64,000 bases of DNA from a virus, in the IMG/VR virus record IMGVR_UViG_3300008050_000022, positions 1-64,000 of that record. One strand, given 5' to 3'. This document shows positions 17,910 through 27,337 of this stretch, piece by piece. The notes below the pieces were generated by a model. The model searched no databases, had not been told where the DNA came from, and worked only from the letters and a program-made list of their open reading frames with translations. The translations under genes and the position numbers were made by a program. Position 1 is the first letter of the stretch. Each line of letters starts with the position of its first letter.

Positions 17910-20206
17910 GTGTCGTACTCCTTACGAGACTTCATGATCGCTCTAATGGCCATGTCTGCCGAGTTCCGCATCACCTTCTTCTGGACCGCCAGCGATCTCC
18001 GCTTGAAGCGGGCCGGGTTAGCCAGTACTTGATCCACTGCTCCGGGAATCTTGTCCAAGCCGATGGCTGCAGGGTTCTTCACATGCTTCTCGCCGTACCG
18101 AGCCGTGTCCCGGGTCAGCCCTCCCTGCACGTCCAGCACGCTGCTATCCGGCGCGTAGTAGACAGCCGGCTTGCCGGATGCCTCGGTCTCTGCGTACGTA
18201 GTTCCGTGAGCACGAATCACGTTCAGGTCCGCCTCCTGCATCATCGCCGTCAGCGGAGCGTAGCCGTGAGGTCTGATTCGAGGATCCTTCTTAGCCATCC
18301 TCGTGAGCTTCTTCTGTAGGGCCTTGTTCTTGCCTGCAACGGCGTGAACTACTGCGTTAGGCGGCAAGCCGGACTGGAGCACTCTCTTAGTGATCTCATC
18401 CACCTCTAGGCCCAGCGTTCCTCCGCTCACCGTGACGTTGTAGTCCCTCTTGCTCATCAACTTGGAAGGTCTCTGCTTCTCGAGGACTCGAGGGTTGACG
18501 GCTAGGCCGGGCAACACCTTGCTCTCTCGGGGCTTCAGCACGTCCATCACGGCCTGCGTACCTACATGGATGCGAGGACTGACCTTGTCCCAGTCACGCA
18601 CACCTACCGACTTCTCTGGGTCAGTGTGCATCACGTGGATCGGGTGCTTGACTCCAGCAAAGGGCATCTGCAGGTGCGTCTTAGTCAGGACAATCGCCTG
18701 ATCCGAGTTGTCATCCACCCACTTATTCAGCCTCTTCCGATCGAAGCCCGTGGTGTGGTGCTTCAAGTGGGTGATCCCGGACACTGCTCCAGCGTAGGCG
18801 GTAGGAAGCACCTTCCCTTCGTCCGCAGCATCCAGGAGCTTCCCATAGCTCTCGTAGTACTTCTCTACGCTAGCGGGATCTCCGAACTCTGTGTCGAAGT
18901 TGAGAACCTCTACGGGGATCTTCCTGCGCCTGGCCGCCTCTGCCAGGTTCTTGGCCTGAGCCATATGGCCGCCACCCATGCCGTCCCCGACGGCTAGGAT
19001 CTTGATCCCTCTAGGCTTGCCGGCAGTCTTCCCGAACATCGCCTTCATGACCGGGGTTTCGCTGTACCGCTGAACCCTAGAAGATGTGATGACAGGTCTC
19101 TTGGCGACTAGGCGCTTGAGCTGTGCTCTGAATGCCTCGGGAGCGTGCTTGATCTGGCTCCGCAAAGTCTTTCCTGGAGCATGCATGTCCTCATGCACTA
19201 GCCAGGCCGGGCCCACCTTGTGGGCATGTAGCCGCCCAGCCCGGAAGGACTCGGAGCCTAGACGCTCCCCGGGCAGGCGAACGTGCCCACGAGTACCCCG
19301 AAACGCGTTGATCCTCTTGGTCAACTCTACTGTGTCAGGAACTGCGATCTGTGCGTGGGACCAGTCCGTCCTCGGAGCAGATCTGATCGCCCTGCGGAGA
19401 ACTGCCTTTGCCTTCCCTGCATGGTCGGGGAGTTCGGTAAGAACAGGGATCTCCTTCTGCAGGAGGAAGTCCCTCTTACCGACGCGTACATGCTTGTACT
19501 CCTTACGAGACTCTCGCCTCTTGAGATGCTTCTCCCATCGGCGGTTCACACGAGGGCTGACCACGACCCTGCCGGAAGACTCCTTCGTCATCTCAGGCTC
19601 TCTCCCCAGTACATGCCTCACCATGGCTAGCACCACAAGCTGCAACTCGTCACGAGTCATGTCATCGAGATGCCGCTTCCCCGTGACGTCCTCAGAGACG
19701 TCCATGAACGCCTCGTCATCGTCCCAGGGGATGCGGAGTGCGTCCGCTATGGCATGAACCTGCTTCGGATCCAGCTGCTCGAAACCTCGGCCCCCATTGA
19801 ATCCCTCGAGCCACTCCGCTACGTGCTTGGGCGTGCTGTACCTCGCCGACTTCCAAGAGTCTGGCGTCAGCGTGTGAGGTAGTCCGTTCTTCTCGCAGAA
19901 GTCGATCGTTCTGTGGCACCCGTACCGGTCACAGGCCCGCTCCAACACGATGGTCGGCCGGAAGTCCTGCACATACTCCTCGTCAGTACGGGCGTCGATC
20001 ACGTGACCTAGATCGTGGAAGCCTGACCAGGCCATGTCCTGGAAGGAGACAGGCACGCCTCTACGAGACTCGGCCAAGAAGATGATCTTGTTCTTCTCGT
20101 CCTGAGCCGCGTAGCTCCGCATCTCTGGCAAGACTACAAGGGAGTACCTGTAGTCTTTCAGATCTGCTGTGAGTACATCTTCTAGTAGGTCTAGACGATC
20201 CATCAC
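17906..20206 (-). CDS. Multidomain protein with C-terminal GT-B glycosyltransferase (MGDG synthase/UgtP-like)
   Basis: KILAVGDGMGGGHMAQAKNLAEA, VSGGTLG, VAGKNKAL, MQEADL..RAHGTTYAE; N-terminal FHDLGH and IPWDDDEAF...TGKRHLDDM modules. Confidence 0.7.
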   Translation of the reverse strand: MMDRLDLLEDVLTADLKDYRYSLVVLPEMRSYAAQDEKNKIIFLAESRRGVPVSFQDMAWSGFHDLGHVIDARTDEEYVQDFRPTIVLERACDRYGCHRTIDFCEKNGLPHTLTPDSWKSARYSTPKHVAEWLEGFNGGRGFEQLDPKQVHAIADALRIPWDDDEAFMDVSEDVTGKRHLDDMTRDELQLVVLAMVRHVLGREPEMTKESSGRVVVSPRVNRRWEKHLKRRESRKEYKHVRVGKRDFLLQKEIPVLTELPDHAGKAKAVLRRAIRSAPRTDWSHAQIAVPDTVELTKRINAFRGTRGHVRLPGERLGSESFRAGRLHAHKVGPAWLVHEDMHAPGKTLRSQIKHAPEAFRAQLKRLVAKRPVITSSRVQRYSETPVMKAMFGKTAGKPRGIKILAVGDGMGGGHMAQAKNLAEAARRRKIPVEVLNFDTEFGDPASVEKYYESYGKLLDAADEGKVLPTAYAGAVSGITHLKHHTTGFDRKRLNKWVDDNSDQAIVLTKTHLQMPFAGVKHPIHVMHTDPEKSVGVRDWDKVSPRIHVGTQAVMDVLKPRESKVLPGLAVNPRVLEKQRPSKLMSKRDYNVTVSGGTLGLEVDEITKRVLQSGLPPNAVVHAVAGKNKALQKKLTRMAKKDPRIRPHGYAPLTAMMQEADLNVIRAHGTTYAETEASGKPAVYYAPDSSVLDVQGGLTRDTARYGEKHVKNPAAIGLDKIPGAVDQVLANPARFKRRSLAVQKKVMRNSADMAIRAIMKSRKEYDT

Positions 20207-20910
20207 CTGTTCCTGAACTCTTTCTCTACAGCACGACCCTTGTTGTACTGCACCAGCGCGCCTCCGCTCCCCACTACGCCCCCCAGCCCAAGCTGCGCTC
20301 TTGCCTTATTCAACGCCGCTTGAGCGGGAACGGTCATCTGCTGCAAGGCTGCCTGTTCCGAGGGGATGGCCGAGAGCCTGGCTGACCCCGCAGCTGCCCG
20401 GACTTTGTCAACAGACAGCCCGTGCAATTTCCTCGATCCAAGAGCTGCTAGAGGAATTCTATCCGCAACAAACTCCAACGACTTTCTTTCCGCCGCAGAA
20501 GGCGCCCGGATCTTCCCCGTAGCTGCTGACCTGTTCAAAAACTTCACAGACTTGCCTGCGTGGTACAGGCCCCTCAACGGTTCCGCCGAACCACGAGCAC
20601 CGCCCCGTAGAGCTCCAAGTAGTTTGCCTCCCACCCCTCTGCCCGCTGCCGCACCTTGTCCCGCACTGATCAAGCCGTATACGGCCGAGGGAACTACTGC
20701 AGCACCTCCCACAACTCCGCCCATGCCAGTAACCAGCTGCTTCTTTCGGTGCTCTGTCTCATTGACTCGTGCCTGCTCAGCTGCTTGCCCGTACTGAGCA
20801 GTCCAGTTCCCGAAAGGATCTACTCCTCCAAGGAAGTCTTGTCCTAGGTTGCTGACGGCGGAGAGCTTTACGAGCTCAGTAACGAAGCTGTGGAACGTGG
20901 TTGAACGCAT
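20203..20910 (-). CDS. Glycine-zipper virion protein with F-x-x-E-L-x-K-L-S leader
   Basis: MRSTTFHSFVTELVKLSA; GMGGVVGGAAVV and LGLGGVVGSGG segments. Confidence 0.6.
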   Translation of the reverse strand: MRSTTFHSFVTELVKLSAVSNLGQDFLGGVDPFGNWTAQYGQAAEQARVNETEHRKKQLVTGMGGVVGGAAVVPSAVYGLISAGQGAAAGRGVGGKLLGALRGGARGSAEPLRGLYHAGKSVKFLNRSAATGKIRAPSAAERKSLEFVADRIPLAALGSRKLHGLSVDKVRAAAGSARLSAIPSEQAALQQMTVPAQAALNKARAQLGLGGVVGSGGALVQYNKGRAVEKEFRNR

Positions 20911-20911
20911 A

Positions 20912-23900
20912 TCAGTAGTTGTACGGCTCCTTCCCGGGAGGCTTACCGAACTCCTTTCCGAACGCGATGCCTGGCACAGGGTGAAGCCCGTGCAGGTTAC
21001 TCTCCCACCCCTGGGCGGAGCCCTCCAGGATCGTGCCCTTCAGCTTCTGGTACTGCAACCGAGCCATCCAGTCTTCCTGCATCGCCAGAGGAACTTCGTT
21101 GATGCCCTTGAGGATCGGCTTGTGGAGCGCCGGCTTCTGGCCCAGCTTAGCGGCCTTCCGGTTCTTGGCCGACAGCATAGTTGCTGGGACGATGTCGCCT
21201 CGCATGTACCCCGACTCTCCGGGGTCGCGGACTTCGGTCAGGTTCGCAACGGCTCGGACCACGACTTCCATGTTCTTCCGCTTGACCCCCATCTCCTTGT
21301 ACGCGCCATGCATCTCGTCGGTCAGGTAGTTCCTGACCCTCTCCATGCCGGCCACTTCCAGAAGATCTCGAGGGTTGACCATGCCAGAGCTCAGGGGCTG
21401 CCCCGCCGTCACCTTCAAGTTACCTCCCCGACTCTTGATCAGTGCCAGGTTCTCCCCGAGCTGCCTGTTGCCGGGAATGTAGTGCTCCTGCTCCTTCTCG
21501 TGGCCGTGCCGATCTCGGCCAGCCACGTTGACTCGCCAACCTCCAGCGGGATCCTTCTTGATGCCTCGACTGTTGATGGTGCCGGTGAGCCCTGAGATCG
21601 TCGCAGAACCTCGCAGGTTCCTCGGCATGGTCAAGAGCTTCTGGAGCTTGGTGAAGTCATCCATCTTGTCGCCCTTGGCCTCGACGACACCTCCTGTATG
21701 GAACTTCCTCATGGAGAGCTGCGTAGCAGGTTCCCCAACTCCTTGAGCTGCAATGATGCCGAGGTTCGTACCGGGAGACGGGAGCTGCCCCGAGACGTCC
21801 ACTCCGTAGCACTTGGAGCAGAGCCCCTCCCCATGCTCACACTTGAGCGGAGAACGTACGGAGATCTTCCCCGCCTTAGCGTTCCTCAGCTTGGTCAGTA
21901 CGTCTGGGGTGAGCAGCGTGCCTGAAGGAATCTTCCCTCCCCGAACCTTGATGTCCTGCGCTGCGTAGCGGTCTTGGATCTCGGGATCGTTGACGTCCAG
22001 AGAGATACCGCGACGGGTGCCGCAATCCTCGTCCACTACCACCTGGTTCATGGTGGAGCTGACGATGATCTTAGTCAGGCCGCCAGGCTCACTGGTTCCC
22101 TTCACCTTGGCCAGGGTGCCCATGCGAGCTCCAGACAGGGATGCCCAGTACTCTGCGGTACTCAGTCCCTCAGAGTAGCTCTTCTTCAAGGGGATCGGGA
22201 CTGCCTTGCCCGTGTCGTCTGCTACCAGCACTGGGGCAACTGCGATCTGCTTGAACTGATCCCAGTTACCTCGAGCTCCTGACGAGACCATCTCGAAGAC
22301 CTTGTTGTCGCTCTTCGAGAGCTTGGCCTTGCCTCGCGCATCGATCTTGGGAACTACCTTCATGTACGCCTTCACGATGGCATCGTTCCGGGACATGCCT
22401 CCCTTGCGAAGCGCGGCTACCTCCTTATCCGCTTCCGCGAAGATGGGGTCCTTCACGTCCTTGTGGACCAAGAAGTCCTTGAGCCCTACAGAGAAGACGT
22501 TGTCGTAGGTCTGCTGGTTGCCTAGCTGGTTCAGCTTGTTGACGGACTTGGCGAATACGTCACTGTCCCCCTTAGCCAGTGACGACAAGATCCCCGTCAG
22601 CCCCTTCTTGTCCAGCTTCAGCGACTTGTCACTCAGTACGCGAGCACGCTCTTCCGAGCCCTCAGGCAGGGCGTCGGATAGGAGAAGTCTTCCAGCCGTG
22701 GTAGCTGCGGTGGCAGCAGTCTTCTCTCGGAGACCTCCTACGGAGATCTGATCACTGACCGAGATAGTTCCGTCCTTCAGGGCCTTCAGAGCATCCTTCT
22801 TGTTCGCAAAACGCTTGCCCGTACGCTTACCTATCTGACTCAGCTGGTAGACCCCGAGCTGCGACTCCTGCCGAGGAATGTGCATCAGGGCACCACTAGC
22901 GGGATTCAACAGATGCTTCGAGGGCATCATGCCCTTAGCCTCTAACACCGCCTCCTGAGTCATGGGAACGAAGATGCCCATCTTGTCGCCGTCGAAATCT
23001 GCGTTGTACCCCGCAGTGACTAGCGGGTGGATCTGAATTGCTTTGCCCGAGACGATCTTAGGCTTGAACGCCATGACTCCGTGTCGATGTAGCACGGGAT
23101 CTCGTTTCATGATCACGGGACGGTTTGCCGCCACCTGCTCCAACGCCTTGTCGGCGATGGCCTTATTCTCTTTGATGGCTTTCTGTGCCTTCAGGGGGGT
23201 GTAGCCGAAGCCCTTGACGAGCTCTCGCACTACGAAGGGCTTCATCATCTCCATAGCGGCCTTGCGAGGGATGCCCACCTCATCCAGCCCCATGGACTGC
23301 TCGGGGATGATGGTGGATCGCATCGACAAGTCCTGTCGGCGACCGATGATCTTGCTCTGGAAGTAGCCGTACTTGGGCTGCGTACCCGAGATCGCCTCCA
23401 TCACTCCTCGACGATGCCGACCCTGCAGGTCAGACCCCGTCAGGGTCAGGGCCCTGAGCCCGTCGTACAGACTCGCCCGCATCGGCTGCCTCATGGACTC
23501 GGGGATCCCCTTGTCTGCCTTGAGCTCACGAAGCTTCTTATCCGACAAGGCGATGTCCTTGTACAGGTGGTTGAGATCCTCGGTGTTGAGGTCCCCGTTG
23601 TCCATCACGGTGACGGGACGCATGGACGGGGGGAGTACCGGGACTGCCTTAGTGGTGTACGCCTCCGTGGGAGACATCTTCGCGTCGACTAGGGCCTGGA
23701 GGTACCTGACTCGCTTACGAGCCTTGCTCAACTGGTCCTTCCGTGCCGTCTTCAGATCCTTCTTCGCCTGAGCGAGCTCGGTCTTGGGATCGATCTTCGC
23801 CAAAGCATTGACGACGGCAGTGGGGCCCGACGCGTCGCCGATGGTCTTGGTCCCTGCGATCACTCCGTTCAACTGCCCCTGCTTCAACCCAAGGATGCCG

Positions 23901-26900
23901 CTGATTGCCTTCTCGAAGGTCGGGTTCGGCAGCGGTTCGGACAGCTCCAGATGTGACCACTTCTTGCCATCAGTACCACCAGTCAGCTTGTTGTCGAACA
24001 AGCCTCCCTTTTCGGGGCGGAGGTCCTTGCCTCGCAGCATCCTACCGCCGTTGGGGAGAGCTCCTGCACTTAGCTCCCGCACCTGCTTGTCGGTTAGGGG
24101 TCGCAAGGTCTGCGTAGACCCGTTCTTGTCTACGTTGACTCCCATCACCTTGAGGTAGCTGGTGAACTTGTCGTAGGTGAAGGGAATCTGCGGCGGAGGG
24201 ATGGTCGCCCCCTCCTGCAGACGGGTCCACAGCTCGTCGTTTCGATCCGACTTCAGCGTGGCCATCTCTCTGATGTTGTGTTTGGCCCCGTGCGAGAGCA
24301 TCGCGTTCAGGCCCAACGCTCCGATGGACTGCGCCCCTGTACTTGACTTGGGGATCCCGTCCATGGTGTAGGGGTTGCCCGCTCCACCACCTCGAGGACT
24401 CATGCTCTTGCTGACCTTGTGCTTGAGCTTGAAGATGTACTGTTCGCCGTTCAGCACCTTGCCGAGTACGCGGCCTGTACCTGGGTCTCGAACATCCTCC
24501 TGGTCAGACAGGCCGTGAGCCTTCAAATCCCTCATCACCTTCCTGGTGTAATCCGGCTCGCTCGGGTCGAAGTTGTCTACGACGTACGGCTTGCCTGTCT
24601 TCCGAGCGATCTTCCCGGCTGCGGTCTCTAGCACCTGCCCCAAATTGATGCGGCTGGGGATACCTGCCGGGTTCATGGCGACCTCTAGAGGCTTCCCGTC
24701 CGGAAGCACGACCATCTCGTGATCAGGAATGACTGTAGAGATGATCCCCTTGTTGCCGTGACGTCCCACCAGCTTGTCGCCGACCTGAGCAGGCTCCTCG
24801 GTCTTTACGTGGACCTCTACACCTCGAGAGGTCCGAGCTACCCGAGAGACTGTGCCCTGGTAGCCCTTGTCCCAGACCACCGCCCGGTTTCGGTGATCCT
24901 TGACCATGGACTTCTTCAGGTTCCGAAGCTTCTTCTGCTCGGTGGAGATGTCCTCCCTCTGCAGCTTCGCTACCAGGACGTCCCCCTCCTCGACTCGAGT
25001 ACCTGGCTTGATGATCCCCTCATCATCGAGCTTGTCCCACTGCTCCTTGTTCAGGAAGTCCGAAGAGACGTGGGCTCGGAACTTCTTCTTACTCAGTACC
25101 GTCTGCTTGTCGATGCCGGTCTTGGGCCGATACATGTGCTCGGACGTCAGCTTCTTTGCAGCCGTCTCGGAGATGACGATACCGTCCTCGAAGTTGTAGC
25201 CCTTGAAGGGCATGTACCCGACTCGAAGGTTCTTACCTAGCGCGAACTCCCCTCCCTTGGTGAAGTTCGTATCCGCTAGGAGCTCCCCCTTCTTCACCTT
25301 CTGCCCCACCTTGGCGGTTGTGTCCGCCTTGATGAATGCGTCGTCCTGGTTCAAGGGGAAGTCGTTGTAGATCTGAACTTCGTGAATCTTGCCCTTGGCA
25401 TCCTTCACGTTGATCGAGTCTTCGTCGATGGAGACCACCGTCCCGTGAACGGGAGACGCGTGAGAGTTGAACGCGCCCATCACCTTCTCGAAGGTGACGT
25501 TCTTGTTCCCTGTCGCCGACTGCACCAAGGGAGCCTCTCGATGCTTCAGTCCTACAGCCTGTTCCTGCATCCGCGAAGCCGTCATGGCTCGGTTGCTCTG
25601 GTTGTTCTGGAGGAACGGGATCAGGTTCGTCGGCAGGGAGTACATCCCCTTGGTGGAGACCATCACGTGGGTGACGTCTCCGTAGGGGCGGGCCTCGATC
25701 TCGTTACTCTTGGAGGCTACGGTCACCTCCTTGCCCTTTGGAAGAGGCCTCCCACCCTTCCAGTCCACCTGGTCCGGGAACGCCACCACAGCTGCGTCGA
25801 ACTGGGCAGGGGACAGCTCTTCCAGCTTCCCGGTCTTCCGGTTGTACGCCTTGGTGAAGAGCTCCTTGCCTTTTTTCCTGGCGCCTAGAGGCAGCTGCAG
25901 CGTGATGCCTGTCTTCTCCCCTTCCGGAGTGGGGATGGGATCGATGAACCCCAGGTGACTGGGATTGATCCGGACAGCGTCCTCTGGCACGGACTGAATG
26001 TCCCCAATACCGCCAGGGCCCATGATGGTTGTGCGCATGTGCCCCGAGACGAAGTCCAGCGGGTTCGTCTGCGTGGGCATGGGGGCTAGAGCTGTAGAGA
26101 AGAAGGACTTGAGCGGCTTGTTGAACACTGCGGGGCTCACTACGTCCCGAACACTGTCCTTGACGTCCACCGTCTGCTTGAGTCTGCGGGTGATGTCCCA
26201 CGTACCCCTCTTGAGTCGATCTGCCAGGTGATCTTCAGCCGACAGCAGGTCCTTGAAGATCAAAGACTCTCGATCGTCCGCCTTCACCTTGCCTCTGGCC
26301 AGATCCAGCAGCTTGCCAGACGAGCGGAGCATGGCCTCCCCGTTGACCTCCGCGTACTCCTTGCCCAACGTGACCTTCGTGCTGTCTGGGCGGAGCTTGG
26401 CGGTGCCGAAGATCTCTCCTGCTCGTAGCCGGGCTTCTGGCAATGTCTTCGCGGTCTTGCCAGACGTCTTGGCCAGCAGCTTGTTCAAGCTCTGCAGCTG
26501 CTTGGCCTCTCCTCCGTACTGCTTCACGGAGGAGTCGTAGATGTCCTTGCCCCACAACTTCCTGATCTCGGCGTCAGATCTGCCCAGTGCTTTGAGTACT
26601 GGGTACAGCCCGATGTCTCGGGTGCCATCTACCTCGACCTGAAACTTCCGAGTCTTCGGATCGAAGTACGTGTTGAAGCGGGAAGCCTTCGAGCCTTCCC
26701 ACCTCTCGAGGTTCCAGTGAGCGTTGAGCTCCCCGGCCTCGTTCTCTCGGTGGTACGCACCTGCCTTGAGACGAAACTGGTTCTCTATCTGCCTCTCACG
26801 GCCGTCCACGATGTACGAGTAGCGCCTCGTGATCTTGGGAATGCGGGCTACTGTGATGACCTGTCGGTCGATCTCCTTGCCCGTCTTCTTGTCCTTGAGT

Positions 26901-27115
26901 GAGATCTCTGCCTTGAGCGGGACATCCCAGCTCCGGCCCTTCAACTTCGAGTCCTGCTGCGACTTGATGTCGTCGAGGCTCTTCGAGTCGTCTACCCAGA
27001 CCTTGTGCATCTCCAAAGTGCGGTGACTGCCCTCGAAGGGGAAGTGCGAGGAGACGGACTCCACTGCTCGAGTCTTCAAGGATTCGAACGTGCTCTCGGG
27101 ATCCAGCTGCGCCAT
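20912..27115 (-). CDS. DNA-directed RNA polymerase, fused beta + beta-prime, single chain (probably virion-associated)
   Basis: Beta motifs TPEG, NRAM..RMQEQAV, GYNFEDG, GDKLVGRHGNKG, MNPAGIPSR; beta-prime motifs RDPVLHR, YNADFDGD, SGARG, GEPATQLSMRKFH, RSPLKC..C..CYG; no stop between them. Confidence 0.95.
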   Translation of the reverse strand: MAQLDPESTFESLKTRAVESVSSHFPFEGSHRTLEMHKVWVDDSKSLDDIKSQQDSKLKGRSWDVPLKAEISLKDKKTGKEIDRQVITVARIPKITRRYSYIVDGRERQIENQFRLKAGAYHRENEAGELNAHWNLERWEGSKASRFNTYFDPKTRKFQVEVDGTRDIGLYPVLKALGRSDAEIRKLWGKDIYDSSVKQYGGEAKQLQSLNKLLAKTSGKTAKTLPEARLRAGEIFGTAKLRPDSTKVTLGKEYAEVNGEAMLRSSGKLLDLARGKVKADDRESLIFKDLLSAEDHLADRLKRGTWDITRRLKQTVDVKDSVRDVVSPAVFNKPLKSFFSTALAPMPTQTNPLDFVSGHMRTTIMGPGGIGDIQSVPEDAVRINPSHLGFIDPIPTPEGEKTGITLQLPLGARKKGKELFTKAYNRKTGKLEELSPAQFDAAVVAFPDQVDWKGGRPLPKGKEVTVASKSNEIEARPYGDVTHVMVSTKGMYSLPTNLIPFLQNNQSNRAMTASRMQEQAVGLKHREAPLVQSATGNKNVTFEKVMGAFNSHASPVHGTVVSIDEDSINVKDAKGKIHEVQIYNDFPLNQDDAFIKADTTAKVGQKVKKGELLADTNFTKGGEFALGKNLRVGYMPFKGYNFEDGIVISETAAKKLTSEHMYRPKTGIDKQTVLSKKKFRAHVSSDFLNKEQWDKLDDEGIIKPGTRVEEGDVLVAKLQREDISTEQKKLRNLKKSMVKDHRNRAVVWDKGYQGTVSRVARTSRGVEVHVKTEEPAQVGDKLVGRHGNKGIISTVIPDHEMVVLPDGKPLEVAMNPAGIPSRINLGQVLETAAGKIARKTGKPYVVDNFDPSEPDYTRKVMRDLKAHGLSDQEDVRDPGTGRVLGKVLNGEQYIFKLKHKVSKSMSPRGGGAGNPYTMDGIPKSSTGAQSIGALGLNAMLSHGAKHNIREMATLKSDRNDELWTRLQEGATIPPPQIPFTYDKFTSYLKVMGVNVDKNGSTQTLRPLTDKQVRELSAGALPNGGRMLRGKDLRPEKGGLFDNKLTGGTDGKKWSHLELSEPLPNPTFEKAISGILGLKQGQLNGVIAGTKTIGDASGPTAVVNALAKIDPKTELAQAKKDLKTARKDQLSKARKRVRYLQALVDAKMSPTEAYTTKAVPVLPPSMRPVTVMDNGDLNTEDLNHLYKDIALSDKKLRELKADKGIPESMRQPMRASLYDGLRALTLTGSDLQGRHRRGVMEAISGTQPKYGYFQSKIIGRRQDLSMRSTIIPEQSMGLDEVGIPRKAAMEMMKPFVVRELVKGFGYTPLKAQKAIKENKAIADKALEQVAANRPVIMKRDPVLHRHGVMAFKPKIVSGKAIQIHPLVTAGYNADFDGDKMGIFVPMTQEAVLEAKGMMPSKHLLNPASGALMHIPRQESQLGVYQLSQIGKRTGKRFANKKDALKALKDGTISVSDQISVGGLREKTAATAATTAGRLLLSDALPEGSEERARVLSDKSLKLDKKGLTGILSSLAKGDSDVFAKSVNKLNQLGNQQTYDNVFSVGLKDFLVHKDVKDPIFAEADKEVAALRKGGMSRNDAIVKAYMKVVPKIDARGKAKLSKSDNKVFEMVSSGARGNWDQFKQIAVAPVLVADDTGKAVPIPLKKSYSEGLSTAEYWASLSGARMGTLAKVKGTSEPGGLTKIIVSSTMNQVVVDEDCGTRRGISLDVNDPEIQDRYAAQDIKVRGGKIPSGTLLTPDVLTKLRNAKAGKISVRSPLKCEHGEGLCSKCYGVDVSGQLPSPGTNLGIIAAQGVGEPATQLSMRKFHTGGVVEAKGDKMDDFTKLQKLLTMPRNLRGSATISGLTGTINSRGIKKDPAGGWRVNVAGRDRHGHEKEQEHYIPGNRQLGENLALIKSRGGNLKVTAGQPLSSGMVNPRDLLEVAGMERVRNYLTDEMHGAYKEMGVKRKNMEVVVRAVANLTEVRDPGESGYMRGDIVPATMLSAKNRKAAKLGQKPALHKPILKGINEVPLAMQEDWMARLQYQKLKGTILEGSAQGWESNLHGLHPVPGIAFGKEFGKPPGKEPYNY

Positions 27116-27215
27116 GGGGGTAATCCTAGCTCTGTCTCACCGCTAATGGGCTGTCGTGGCCCGGTGACAATGTGCCTGCACTTGGAGAGATAAGGGAAGT
27201 AGAAAGGAAGTAACC

Positions 27216-27335
27216 ATGCCTGATGACAAGACCGAGACCTCCGCTTCCCAGTTCAGCTCCGCCATCGAGGAGGCCATCTACGGCTCCTCGACGGAGGAGG
27301 AGAAGAAGGAGCAGAAGGAAGAAGAGAAGGAGTAA
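27216..27335 (+). CDS. 39-aa acidic microprotein (not in ORF track)
   Basis: MPDDKTETSASQFSSAIEEAIYGSSTEEEKKEQKEEEKE; SD AGGAAG; follows ATAAG at 27190. Confidence 0.6.
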   Translation: MPDDKTETSASQFSSAIEEAIYGSSTEEEKKEQKEEEKE

Positions 27336-27337
27336 TC

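Noticed and set aside
20912-27115. Bacterial chromosomal rpoBC (as fused in Helicobacter or Wolbachia)
   Set aside because: No ribosomal protein or nusG context; much shorter; flanked by portal, terminase and capsid genes
27290-27335. Purine-rich GAGAAG-type tandem repeat
   Set aside because: Simply encodes the Glu/Lys tail of the 39-aa ORF
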